Source: Candidatus Brocadiia bacterium
GTDB taxonomy: Bacteria; Planctomycetota; Brocadiia; CAIUPP01
Length of the DNA: 64,000 bases
Assembly (NCBI GenBank): GCA_050015075.1
Contig: JBEKCB010000008.1
Location: 89,743 to 153,742 of the forward strand
Reading direction: 5' to 3'
The position numbers and the translations under genes were made by a program. Below are positions 39,777 through 49,994 of the stretch, one piece after another. The notes under the pieces are model-generated. The model searched no databases and was not told the origin of the DNA. It was given only the letters and a program-made list of their open reading frames with translations. Position 1 is the first letter of the stretch. The number at the start of each line of letters is the position of its first letter.

Positions 39777-41999
39777 CTAGGGCAGCGTTTCCGAAGGGGT
39801 CTTGCCCGAAAGCGTCGTCTGCGGTTCGGCGGGCCTGCCGCGGGCCTGCCGCAGCATCCAACTGTACAACTCATCGGTGTTGTACGCCCGGTCCCAGCAA
39901 TTGTGGCCTGCTTCAGCATAGACGGTGAAATGAACACGGCCATGAACCTTGCGGAGCGCCGCGACCATTTCATAGCTTTGCTCGATCGAAACCGTCGGGT
40001 CCTTCGCGCCATGGAAGTCCCAGATCGGGAGGTCCTTGATCCGCTCGACGTATCGGGGATCGCCTCCGCCGCAGATGGGGACTAACGCGGCGAAGCGGTC
40101 CGGATGTTCGGCCGCCAGCCGCCAGCTTCCATAGCCGCCCATGCTCAGCCCCGTCAGATAGATGCGCTCCGTATCTATCGGATATTTGGCGATGATCTCG
40201 TCCAGGAGATCCTCCATTTCAGGGACCAAGTTCGGCCACCAACCGGCAGCGGGGCACCGCGGCGCAATGACTATGAATGGGAAGTCCTTTCTGCCCCCGG
40301 CGTACTTGACGATGGGGCTGAAGGCCAGTTCGGCGACGTCCCAGCCTCGGTCGCCCGCACCGTGCAGGTAGATGATGGCCGGGCATTTCTTCGCCTCACC
40401 GTGATCGGCGCCTCTGGGCATCCGGACGAAGTACTGCAGCGGAGTCAGGTTTCCCGTCCTGCGCTTAAGTTCGTGCTTCCATCTTTCGTCGCTGGCTGCC
40501 GGCCCGGTGAGTTCGGTGGCGACTTGCCCCGCACCGATCTCGTTCAGCCAGGCCAGCAGAATTGCCCCGCGCTCCGAGCGGTGAAACCCATCCGTGGTCT
40601 GCCTCCGGGCAAAGTCGGCCAGGAATTGCTGCTGCTCGCGCACCACCACGGGGTCCAGGCCCATCGCACCGGACAGAGAGATGCCGTCGGCAAGTCCAAT
40701 GCCCTCGCCCCAGTTCCACTGCACGTTCCCCGCCGTTCGGAACAGGGTGTAGAAGCGCTTGAACGCCGGGCTGCGCGCCGGGGTGACCTGAACAATGGCG
40801 CCATACCGGCCCGGCTTGTCGGCGCGAGCGACCGGGTTGAACTGGGCATCGTAGTAGGTTACCTTGACAGTGTAAGGTCCAATGATGTTTTCGGCCTCCA
40901 AGGGGTTTTCGAGATCGCCGCCGGGGAGCGTCTTGCCGTTGAAGGAGAAGGGGTTGAAAATGAACTGCAGCTCGGCGGTCGCTCCCGCCCTGGCTTTGGC
41001 AAGGTCCGTCATGGGAACCGTGTCAATCGTCCTACCGTCCAGGAGTATGGCGAGATTCTTCCATTCGCCGCCGATCGGCGGCAGCGGCGCCTTGAGAACG
41101 GCCAAGGAGCGCGAGCCGTCGCTGGTCAGCGCGCCGCGAGCGATCTCCTTCCCGTCCGCGAGCACGGAAACGATCTTCCCTGCCGCCTCCGAGCACGCCA
41201 CAACTACGGCGTGGGTGCTCCGCCAGCCGTCGTAGCGTGCGCGCCCGGCGGCTTGCACCGGCGGGCTGGGCGCCACGGCCAGTCGAATGCGTTGAGTGCG
41301 ATCTGGAGCCTCGCGCGTGCCTGCTGCCGGATACCAGACTGCGTGAAGCTCCGGGGCAGCCGCGTCACAGCCGTTAAGCCAGATCTGGAATGCCAGCTCC
41401 ACTCCGACCTCCGGTTTGATCCCCAGGTTTTTCCACGGGAGCAGCACCTCCATCGAATAGCCGCCCTCCTGCTTCATCCGCGCGGCCTTGAGGCTCGGCG
41501 CGAACTTCTTGAGCGTCTCGTCCTTGCGGAGGTCGCTGATCGAATACCGCAATTGCGGATGCGCGGGGTCCATGCCAGGCGAGATCGCCGCTTGGATCAT
41601 CTCGCTCCCGCCACACTTGTCAACCATGAACAGTTCGACGCTATTGCCTGACCCGAGCGCCTTCTCATCGTTGCTTTCGTTGAAGTCCTCATCACGGACT
41701 TGAACAAGGACCAGCAGCCCTTCGTCATTCCAGCCGAGGCGCATCCGCGCGTTGAAGCGATCTTCAGGCGCGACGGCGCCGTCGGCGGCGGCCAGCACGT
41801 CCACCCGGAATCCGCCATCACCCCAGTCCATGGCGTCGCCGTCTATGGTTATGTTGTCCATCCTCGGAATGTCGAACAGCGGGGCCGGGAGGACTCCGCC
41901 GGCGGCCTGGACCTGCGCGGCCACGCCCGAGCACCCGACCACCGCGCAGCAGATGACAAACGCCAGCCCTGACAGCAACACGCCATGCGTAATTTGCAT
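39777..41999 (-). CDS. Secreted protein: CBM9/DOMON-like sugar-binding domain plus alpha/beta-hydrolase (esterase/peptidase)
   Basis: ITIDGDAMDW, LGWNDEGLLVLVQVRD, YSMEVLLPW; YLHGAGDRG, TGLSMGGYG, FHGAKDPTV, AGHNCW. Confidence 0.8.
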   Translation of the reverse strand: MQITHGVLLSGLAFVICCAVVGCSGVAAQVQAAGGVLPAPLFDIPRMDNITIDGDAMDWGDGGFRVDVLAAADGAVAPEDRFNARMRLGWNDEGLLVLVQVRDEDFNESNDEKALGSGNSVELFMVDKCGGSEMIQAAISPGMDPAHPQLRYSISDLRKDETLKKFAPSLKAARMKQEGGYSMEVLLPWKNLGIKPEVGVELAFQIWLNGCDAAAPELHAVWYPAAGTREAPDRTQRIRLAVAPSPPVQAAGRARYDGWRSTHAVVVACSEAAGKIVSVLADGKEIARGALTSDGSRSLAVLKAPLPPIGGEWKNLAILLDGRTIDTVPMTDLAKARAGATAELQFIFNPFSFNGKTLPGGDLENPLEAENIIGPYTVKVTYYDAQFNPVARADKPGRYGAIVQVTPARSPAFKRFYTLFRTAGNVQWNWGEGIGLADGISLSGAMGLDPVVVREQQQFLADFARRQTTDGFHRSERGAILLAWLNEIGAGQVATELTGPAASDERWKHELKRRTGNLTPLQYFVRMPRGADHGEAKKCPAIIYLHGAGDRGWDVAELAFSPIVKYAGGRKDFPFIVIAPRCPAAGWWPNLVPEMEDLLDEIIAKYPIDTERIYLTGLSMGGYGSWRLAAEHPDRFAALVPICGGGDPRYVERIKDLPIWDFHGAKDPTVSIEQSYEMVAALRKVHGRVHFTVYAEAGHNCWDRAYNTDELYSWMLRQARGRPAEPQTTLSGKTPSETLP

Positions 42000-42157
42000 G
42001 ATCTTCCCTCCTGGCTCCGGTCTCACTTGGCCTGACGGAATGCGGCTCCGCCGACCTCTGATCTGGTGCGCCGTATCGCGCGAACTCGATAGGCCGCGAC
42101 GGTCTGCGGCCACTGCTATCAGCGACGGACATTACTTAGGGCGTTTACAGACACACC

Positions 42158-42567
42158 TCACGGGCTGGGTTGCCTTTCCAGTATTGCGCGCATGTCCGCG
42201 GGTAGCTCACAGGGCCTGCGTGTCGAGGCGGAGATGCAGGCGAGAACGGTGGTTCCTCTGCAGAGCGCGGCACCGGTCGGACCGATCACTTCGTACTCGA
42301 AATCCACACGGGTCCGTCTAATCTGCGTCACACGCGTGCGGATGGTGAGCAGGTCGTCGTATCTTGCGGGCGCGAGGTACTTGCAGGCGGCCTCGACAAC
42401 GGTCAGGAAGAATCCCGCCTGCTCGAAGTCGGCATAGTTTCTCCCGAGCGAGCGGAAGTACTCAGTGCGGCCCGCCTCGAAAAACTCGAAATACTTCGCA
42501 TAATAGACCACGCCCCCTTGTCGGTATGGGCGTAAAGCACCCGCAGCTTCATCTCGTGAACGTACAT
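42158..42567 (-). pseudogene. YbgC/FadM-type acyl-CoA thioesterase, frameshifted (or assembly error)
   Basis: MYVHEMKLRVLYAHTDKG / VVYYAKYFEFFEAGRTEY; frame break in a G5 run at about 42513-42517. Confidence 0.8.
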
Positions 42568-42681
42568 ATTACCCCCTCTCTTGCGCCGCCGTTCGCAGGA
42601 ATCTACCACGAGGGGCTGACGACCGCAATAAGTCCGCGCTCAGCCATCCCTGGGTCTTCGGCCGTCTCCAGCCTGCGCCGC

Positions 42682-43985
42682 TCACGCATCAAGCCGGCCG
42701 TAGGTTCGGATTTCCGGCCAGTAGAGCGCGACGGCTGCCACGACGAGAATTGTCCCGATGCCGCCGGATACCACCGAAATAATCGCCCCCATCGCGATTG
42801 TGTTGCCCATGGCCGCGCCGAAAAGGTAGGCCACCGAGCCGGATTCGAACCCGCCCAACTCGTTCGACGTGCCGACGAACAGGTTGTTCACCGCCGATAC
42901 GCGCCCCCGCTTCTCGTCCGGCGTCAGCAACTGCACCAGCGTGTGCCTTACGACCACGCTGATGTTGTCCATACTCCCGCAAGCAAAGAGCATGAGGAAC
43001 GAGAGCCAGAACCATTTCGACAGCCCGAACCCGATGGTCGCCAGGCCGAAGCCGGCGACGGCCCAGAGCAGCGCGTGCCCGGCTTTCTGCAGCGGCGGCC
43101 GGCGGCTCAGGACAAAAACGTGCACAGCACCGCGCCCAGCGGCATCGCCGTTTGCAACAACCCAAGCCCTGTCGGACCGGCACGCAGGATGTCCTTCGCA
43201 TAGATCGGCAGCAGCGCCGCGGCGCCGCCCAGCAGTACCGCGAACATGTCCAGCGTAATGATCCCCAAAACGATCCTTTTGCTGAGGACGAAACTGAACC
43301 CGGTCAGCAGCGCCCGGAGGTTCATCGGGTCCTTGACGGCCACGGTGTGCTCGCGCCGGATCATCCCGATGAGCACGCAGCTCGCCAGCGCGGCCACGGC
43401 GTTCAGCGCATAAACTGGCGCAGCGTGGTGGCCGACCAATCCGATGAAAGCGCCGGCCGCGCTGGGCCCGACGATGGCGGATATCTGAAACATGCTGGCG
43501 TTCCAGGCCACGGCCCTGGAAAGCACCTTGCGTTCCACCAGATGAGGCAAAAACGACGTGGCGGCCGCCCACATGAACGTGCGCGTCGCGCCGCCGACGA
43601 AAAGGCAGACATAAATCCAGACCACCGGCGCCGCAAGGGCCGAGATCAATGTCATGCCCAGGCTGGCCAGCGCCATGCCTATGCCACCCAGGACGATGAT
43701 CCGCTTGCGGCTATAGTTGTCAGCGAGATGGCCCGCCGGCAGCGTGAACAGCAGCATCGGGACCATCTGCGTCAAGCCGACCAGCCCCAGCGCGAGCGCG
43801 GAACCGGTTCGCTCGTAAAGTTCCCAGCCCACGGCCATCGCGAACATCTGCTGGCCCAGCGCAGCGACCAGCCGGCCGGCGAGATACAGGCGAAGGTCCC
43901 TGTTCCAGAGGATTGCATAGGAATTCTGTCCCTTAGCCGAATTCGGGTCGCCTGGGGCTGGATTATCGGACACGTCTTGACTCAT
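42682..43985 (-). pseudogene. MFS transporter, frameshifted (or assembly error)
   Basis: GWELYERTGSALALGLVGL...LDMFAVLLGGAAALLPIYAKDIL / LVQLLTPDEKRGRVSAVN..FVGTSNELGGFESG; break in a T5 run at about 43114-43118. Confidence 0.8.
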
Positions 43986-44371
43986 TGTGGAAGTGCGGTC
44001 CAAGGATAGGAGAACAGATCGGCGTTTGCGCCATCGTGCGCACAAATCTACCACGATGCCCTGAGGGCTGCAAGAGGGTCCACCCCAGGCGATCCAGCCT
44101 CTCGATGATCCACTACGTGGACCGTACCTCATGTCAATGCGGCAAGGTAAAATCGAGCGGCACGGGGCGGCAACGGATGTAGGTGCAGCGCGGGACTGAC
44201 GCATTCCGCAGGGGTTGGCGGGCCACAGGACGCGCCTCGAATGTGCACAAAGTTGGCGTGGCAGAGCAGAGCGGTGCGACAGTTTATGCCGCTGGGAGGT
44301 TCTCGGGCACCTTCGCACAAAACAAGGCCCGGTGCGAAGACAGGCGTCCGGCCTTTATCCCCGCCTCTCGA

Positions 44372-46498
44372 TCAAATTTCGCTGCGTTCGTTCTCGAAGC
44401 GGATCGCAAAGGTCGTCCCGCCGCCTTTGTGGTCAGTCGCCGCGATCGTGCCGCCGGCCGAGGTCACCAGCGAATGCGTCACCGAAAGGCCCAGCCCGGT
44501 GCCTTTCGGTCCCTTGGTAGTGAAAAACGGGCTGAAGAGCCGTGTGCGGTATTCCGATGGAATCCCCACGCCCGTGTCGCTCACGCTCACGAGCACCTCT
44601 TGGCGGGTCTGTCTTGCCTCTATCCGCATGACGCCGCCTTTGGGCATCGCGTCAATGGCATTCAGCACCAGGTTCAGCAGGACCTGCGTGAGAGCGTTGG
44701 CCGACATGGGGACCGTCATCTCCGGCGGGGTGACGAACACCTCGAGTCGGATGTGTTGATTGGTTGCTATGGAAGAGATCATGTCCGTCAGGCCGGGGAT
44801 CACCGAGGACGCGGCGCAGGACTCTTCGCCTGCCGGCGCCGGCCGGTGGAGTTGCAGGAGGTTCCGCACGATGCCGGCGATCCTGTCAATGCCGTCATGG
44901 ATCAGCACGATGCGCCGCCCCTGCCGCAACGGCTCCGGCAATTCGCCCGCGAGCAAGGAGAGCTGGCCGATAATGCCCTGCAACGGGTTGTTGATCTCGT
45001 GCGCGACGCCCGCCGCCAGGCGCCCCGTGACAGCCAGCGACTCCATGCGCTGGAGCTGCGCGGCCTGCCGCTGCTCGATCGCCTCCTGTTGCGCCTTGCG
45101 CAGGTCGGTGACGTCGGAGAGCGACACGATATATCGCGGCAAGGACTCTTCGGCGGCCGGCGTGGCCGAAATGCTCATGAGCAGGTTCCGCCTCTCGCCG
45201 GTCAGCGTCCGGAGGGACGCCTCCGCCTCGAAGAACTCGTTCCCGGCGGCCAGCGTCGCGACGGCGCTGATGACGGTATCGCGGGTTTCGACATAACCCA
45301 GGCGGTCGAAATTCACCAGTAATTCTTTCTTGCCGGTGGCCTTGAAAAGCCGGAGCGCCGCCTTGTTTACATCCAGCCGCTGAATGCGATGGAAGCAGAG
45401 CAGGGCCTCTTCCGGATGGCTGAGGAACCACGCACGCACATCCGTGACGCCCTCGGCCCTCAGTTGGTCGGAGCGCTGGCGGACGAAGGCCCAGTCTTCC
45501 TCGACCAGGGCCGTGGGCGAGGCCTCGAACAGCTCGCGGTAGCGCTGCTCGCTCGCGCGCAGCGCCTGCTCGGCGCGCTTGCGGTCGGTGATATCCCGAG
45601 CGGTGCCCACAAGACCGATGACGCGCCCTGCCCCGTCGTGATAGGGCACCTTCACAGTCAGATAGGTCCGCGTTCCCATCGGCCCGTGGACCGTTTCTTC
45701 GAGGGCTTCCATTTTGTCGGAGTTCATGAGACGCTGATCATTCTCCCGTATGACGCGGATGAACTCAGGATCAGTGTGGATCTGCTCAGCCGTTTTCCCG
45801 ATCACATTCTCGGCTGTGCCGCCAACGATGGCGAGCGCGACGGGATTGACGAACAGGAGACGGCCTTCGCGGTCCTTCAGAAAGATCGCGTCCTGGGCGT
45901 TATCGGTGATGACCCGGAAGAGGGCCTCGCTCCGCCGCAGTGCCTCCTCGGCCCGCCTTTGCTCCGTGATGTCAACGATTTGCGCGATGGTGTAACTCAA
46001 CTTGCCGTCGGCGTCCCTGATAACCGAGACGCTCACTTCGCCCCACACCACGTCGCCGTTCTTGCGGACGTAACGTTTCTGGTGCCTCTCGATTCGCGCG
46101 CCGCCCTCGCGCATCTGGCGGCTCACCCTTGAAGTCGCTTCCCTGTCCTCCGGATAGGTGACATCCAGAATACTCATGCCGGTGAGTTCCTGTTCGGAAT
46201 ACCCGAGAAACTCGCTGTGGGCGCGATTGGTTTGAAGAATGCGATTATCCGCCGAGACGAGCGTCATCCCGATGGGGGCATCTTTGAACGTGCTGCGAAA
46301 TCTCGCCTCGCTTTCCCGAAGCGCATCCTCCACGTGGCCGCGCGCAAGGATCTCGGCCTGGAGCGCCTTGTTCGCCGCGAGCAGTTCGGCGGTGCGCTCC
46401 TGGACCCGCCGCTCCAGTTCGTCGCGCGCCGCTTGCGGCCGGACGCCGGAGCCTTTGAGGCTCAGCGCGTTCCAGAATCGAATCAAACTGCGAGTCAT
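44372..46498 (-). CDS. PAS-domain sensor histidine kinase
   Basis: Repeated PAS segments (DITEQRRAEEAL, DITDRKRAEQAL); AHEINNPL, NLVLNAIDAM, DTGVGIP, PFFTTK, GTGLGL. Confidence 0.92.
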   Translation of the reverse strand: MTRSLIRFWNALSLKGSGVRPQAARDELERRVQERTAELLAANKALQAEILARGHVEDALRESEARFRSTFKDAPIGMTLVSADNRILQTNRAHSEFLGYSEQELTGMSILDVTYPEDREATSRVSRQMREGGARIERHQKRYVRKNGDVVWGEVSVSVIRDADGKLSYTIAQIVDITEQRRAEEALRRSEALFRVITDNAQDAIFLKDREGRLLFVNPVALAIVGGTAENVIGKTAEQIHTDPEFIRVIRENDQRLMNSDKMEALEETVHGPMGTRTYLTVKVPYHDGAGRVIGLVGTARDITDRKRAEQALRASEQRYRELFEASPTALVEEDWAFVRQRSDQLRAEGVTDVRAWFLSHPEEALLCFHRIQRLDVNKAALRLFKATGKKELLVNFDRLGYVETRDTVISAVATLAAGNEFFEAEASLRTLTGERRNLLMSISATPAAEESLPRYIVSLSDVTDLRKAQQEAIEQRQAAQLQRMESLAVTGRLAAGVAHEINNPLQGIIGQLSLLAGELPEPLRQGRRIVLIHDGIDRIAGIVRNLLQLHRPAPAGEESCAASSVIPGLTDMISSIATNQHIRLEVFVTPPEMTVPMSANALTQVLLNLVLNAIDAMPKGGVMRIEARQTRQEVLVSVSDTGVGIPSEYRTRLFSPFFTTKGPKGTGLGLSVTHSLVTSAGGTIAATDHKGGGTTFAIRFENERSEI

Positions 46499-46688
46499 GG
46501 CTCGGACCTTCCTGGTATCCGATTGCGGGAATTCACCGTCCGGCTTGCGCCTCCGAACACGACATCGAGAACTTTATACTCCACGATGAAGGCGAAGTAA
46601 ATAGACGCTGACCGGCGTCCATGCTTGACACCGCGCGGCCGGTTTTGTTACATGAGAACATTCTGACTCTCGTGATCGCCGGTCACCC

Positions 46689-46764
46689 GGGCGCCTAGCT
46701 CAGCTGGCAGAGCAGCGGATTCTTAATCCGCGGGTCGTGGGTTCGAATCCCTCGGCGCCCACCA
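46689..46764 (+). tRNA. tRNA-Lys (CUU)
   Basis: 76-nt cloverleaf GGGCGCC...GGCGCCC-A-CCA; anticodon arm gcgga-ttCTTaa-tccgc; GGTTCGAATCC T-arm; TTGACA at 46625. Confidence 0.96.
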
Positions 46765-46769
46765 GTTCA

Positions 46770-46804
46770 TAACCCTCGTCAGGTGCTATATCTGGCGAGG
46801 GTTA
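46770..46804 (+). terminator. Hairpin after tRNA-Lys
   Basis: taaccctcgtcag...ctggcgagggtta inverted repeat followed by a T-rich stretch. Confidence 0.5.
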
Positions 46805-47142
46805 CGTATTTTACGACCTCCCCTCGCCCGCTCGTGCCGAATACCATAAAGGGCGCAAATGGACTCGAAGGGCCAAGTGGGCGATAAGAATGGACACAAA
46901 ATGGCCACGAGTTTTGCCCCACGAGCGTCCGGTAACGTAGCCGATACCGCCCCCGCCGATCCGCGCAGGCATCCGGTGAGACTCCCGGGGCTAAAGGTCG
47001 CGGTTCAGGGCGCAACGGGCCGCGTTCTGCGCACGGACGTACCAGAGCGCCAACCGGGCACAACTTCTCTCATGTTCTCCTCGTTAGGTACTGGCATGAT
47101 TTTCACCGGCCAGGTAAGCCGTTGGCACTCAATCGCTGGCCG

Positions 47143-47171
47143 TTGACGCCTCGCGCCTCACCGTATACCAT
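47143..47171 (+). promoter_or_regulatory. Putative sigma70 promoter for hen1 operon
   Basis: TTGACG-N17-TACCAT. Confidence 0.5.
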
Positions 47172-47229
47172 ACAACAAGTTCTCATTCTTCGGCGCATGC
47201 GATAATTCAGGTCTCTTGGAACCAGCAAA

Positions 47230-48654
47230 ATGCTCCTCACCGTTACGACGACGCATCAACCCGCCACAGACATCGGTTTTCTGGTGCATAAGAATCCATC
47301 GCGCTGCCAGGATTTCGACATGAGTTTCGGCAAGGCTTACGTCTTTTACCCGGAAGCATCCGTCGAACGATGCACGGTGGCTCTACTTTTGGACGTAGAC
47401 CCCGTCGAGATGGTCCGGGGGAAGCAAGGCTCGCGCGTTTCGGGACTCCTGGATCAATATGTCAACGACCGCCCCTACGTGGCCTCGTCATTCCTGAGCG
47501 TGGCGATTGCTCAGCTCTTCGGGACGGCTTTACAGGGGAAGTGCGTTGCGAAGCCGGACCTTCCTACCCAGGTCATGCCGCTCACCGCGAAGATCGCCGT
47601 CCTGCCCGCCCGAGGCGGCGACGGAATTCTGCACAAAATGTTCGAGCCGCTGGGGTATGCCGTTCGGGCTGAACGCCACGCCTTGGACGACAAATTCCCT
47701 GACTGGGGCGACAGCCCGTACTACACCGTCGAACTGGAGAAGAACACAACGCTCCGGGAGCTTCTGACGCATCTCTACGTACTGATCCCCGTTCTGGACA
47801 ATTATAAGCACTACTTCGTCAGCGAAGCCGAGATGGAGAATCTGCTGAAGAAGGGCGAGGGCTGGCTGGCGGCTCACCCCGAGCGAGAGTTCATCACCAG
47901 GAGATACCTGAAGTTCCGGCAGAGCCTGGCACGCGAGGCCCTGGCGCGACTGGCGCAGGAGGATGCGATCCCTGAAGAACTGGAAGCGACTTCGATGGAG
48001 GCCGTTGCTGAAGCAGCTCCGCCCGAAGAGGAACAGCGCCTGAACGAGGCGCGTCTCGGCTCGGTCCTGGCCGCGCTCAAAGCGAGCGGGGCGAAACGAG
48101 TGCTGGACATCGGCTGCGGCGAGGGCGGCCTTCTCCGCGAGCTTCTCAAGGACCGTCAATTCACTTCCATTCTCGGCATGGACGTCTCGATTCGCGCTCT
48201 GGAGCGGGCCAGCGAGAAGCTGCGCATGGACTCGATGCCGAACGCGCAGCGGGAGCGAATCAAGTTGATTCACGGGTCATTGATGTATCGAGACAGCCGC
48301 CTTGACGGATTCGACGCGGCGGCGGTCGTGGAAGTCGTCGAGCACTTAGACCCGCCCCGCTTGCATGCCTTTGAGCGCGTGCTGTTCGAGTGCGCGAAAC
48401 CGGGCACAGTCGTGCTGACAACCCCCAATCGCGAGTACAACGTGCGATGGGAAAACATCGGAGCCGACCGGCTTCGTCACGCCGACCATCGTTTTGAGTG
48501 GACTCGGAGCGAGTTCCAGGAGTGGGCCAAACGGATCGCCGAGCGCTACAACTACCGAGCGCGCTTTCTGCCGGTCGGGCCGGAAGACCCCGCGATTGGG
48601 TCGCCGACGCAGATGGCCGTGTTCAGTATTGGGGCACGTCAGCGAAAGGAATGA
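47230..48654 (+). CDS. hen1: 3' terminal RNA ribose 2'-O-methyltransferase Hen1
   Basis: MLLTVTTTHQPATDIGFLVHKNP, YVNDRPYVASSF, VLDIGCGEG, VEVVEHLD, TTPNREYN, RHADHRFEWTR. Confidence 0.95.
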   Translation: MLLTVTTTHQPATDIGFLVHKNPSRCQDFDMSFGKAYVFYPEASVERCTVALLLDVDPVEMVRGKQGSRVSGLLDQYVNDRPYVASSFLSVAIAQLFGTALQGKCVAKPDLPTQVMPLTAKIAVLPARGGDGILHKMFEPLGYAVRAERHALDDKFPDWGDSPYYTVELEKNTTLRELLTHLYVLIPVLDNYKHYFVSEAEMENLLKKGEGWLAAHPEREFITRRYLKFRQSLAREALARLAQEDAIPEELEATSMEAVAEAAPPEEEQRLNEARLGSVLAALKASGAKRVLDIGCGEGGLLRELLKDRQFTSILGMDVSIRALERASEKLRMDSMPNAQRERIKLIHGSLMYRDSRLDGFDAAAVVEVVEHLDPPRLHAFERVLFECAKPGTVVLTTPNREYNVRWENIGADRLRHADHRFEWTRSEFQEWAKRIAERYNYRARFLPVGPEDPAIGSPTQMAVFSIGARQRKE

Positions 48655-48655
48655 A

Positions 48656-49969
48656 ATGCTGCCTTCGTTGAAGAGAACAGCCTATGTGGCCGCTGCCACT
48701 GCGCTTTGTGCGTTCTTTTCTCGGACGAGTCTCGGCGCGGAGCAAGTGCGCGTCCTTCCAGAGCGCACCGATAATGCTGCGCTGGACTACCTTCTTGCCG
48801 CCGCTGAGCTTGAATCACCGGCGAATGAGGCAGAGGTCGCGGCGCGAAAGTTCATTGACGAAGAGCTGTTCAAACTGCCCGCGAAGGTACTGGAAACAAA
48901 GCCGGCCGTTGTCGCATTGCTGGACCGAGAGGAAGAAATGCTGACCAAAAGCCTTCATTGGGGCGCGGAGAAGCCTGGATGCCAGTTCGACGTTGACTGG
49001 GCGCAGGGTCCAAATGTACTGCTCCCGCATTTAGCGGTCATTCGCCCCATGGCGAGACACGCGTGCGGGGTCGCAATGCTTCAGGAGATCAACGGGAAGC
49101 CAGAGCAGGCCGCGCAAATCTACTGCGACGTCGCGCAACTGGGCGCGCACCTGTGCGAGACGCCGGAAATGATCGGCGGACTCGTCGGGATGCAAATTCA
49201 GAATCTTGCCTTTTCCCGCATGGAAGGCTTCCTAGCGGCCGAACCGAGACAGGAGGCCATCCGACGGCTTGCGACCGGCCTGTCGCGCTTGCCGCAACGT
49301 GCTTTCCCGCTGGACCGCTGCCTGCTCGCAGAGAGCGAGGTCTTTGGGGATTGGATTCTCAAGAACCCAGATTCCCTCCACAACGTACCAGGTTTCGAGG
49401 TTCTGGAGCCCGGCGCCTTGCGCTTAGAAACCGTCCTTGCCGGAGCACGATATTATCAAGAGCAGCTCTCGCGCCTTGCCAAAATCGCCAATGGTCCGTA
49501 CTACGAGCACGGCGCGGCACTCAAGCTGGAGATGGATAACCTGCTGAACAACAAGATAGATGTCCGCAAAGAGGAAGACCGCATAAGAGTGATTCTCATG
49601 GTGTTATTGCCTCCAATTATTCATCTTCCAGCGGAAATCACGCGCAATGAGGCGCGATTAGGGATGATGCGCCTGCTGGCGGCTGCGGCATTATGCAAGG
49701 CGGAAACAAACAAGTCCCCGGACAATTTAAGCGGACTTGCGCGATATTTCCCCGGAGGAATGCCGCGCGACCCGTTTACGGGCAGCGATTTCATCTACAC
49801 CCTGAATGAAGGCCTCCCGCGCATCGAATGCAATCCGCCGGAAGACATTCGCAAGGGAGAATCATCAAACGGGAAGGATCCTTTTTCGTTCGATCTTGGC
49901 CGTCGTCGGAAACAAGACCTCGAAGCGTTGCGGAAGTCTCAAGAGAAGCCATCCGTGCAGGAAAAGTGA
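48656..49969 (+). CDS. Secreted hypothetical protein, homolog of 2827..3813
   Basis: Signal-like N-terminus; NAALDYLLAA, LLPHLAVIRPMAR, MIGGLVG, PDNLSGL...MPRDPFTG. Confidence 0.75.
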   Translation: MLPSLKRTAYVAAATALCAFFSRTSLGAEQVRVLPERTDNAALDYLLAAAELESPANEAEVAARKFIDEELFKLPAKVLETKPAVVALLDREEEMLTKSLHWGAEKPGCQFDVDWAQGPNVLLPHLAVIRPMARHACGVAMLQEINGKPEQAAQIYCDVAQLGAHLCETPEMIGGLVGMQIQNLAFSRMEGFLAAEPRQEAIRRLATGLSRLPQRAFPLDRCLLAESEVFGDWILKNPDSLHNVPGFEVLEPGALRLETVLAGARYYQEQLSRLAKIANGPYYEHGAALKLEMDNLLNNKIDVRKEEDRIRVILMVLLPPIIHLPAEITRNEARLGMMRLLAAAALCKAETNKSPDNLSGLARYFPGGMPRDPFTGSDFIYTLNEGLPRIECNPPEDIRKGESSNGKDPFSFDLGRRRKQDLEALRKSQEKPSVQEK

Positions 49970-49994
49970 GTCGGCATTATGAAGGGTCGCGGCG

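Noticed and set aside
47122-47148. CIRCE-like site (TTGGCACTC) upstream of hen1
   Set aside because: Only one half-site; no GAGTGCTAA-like arm nine bases later
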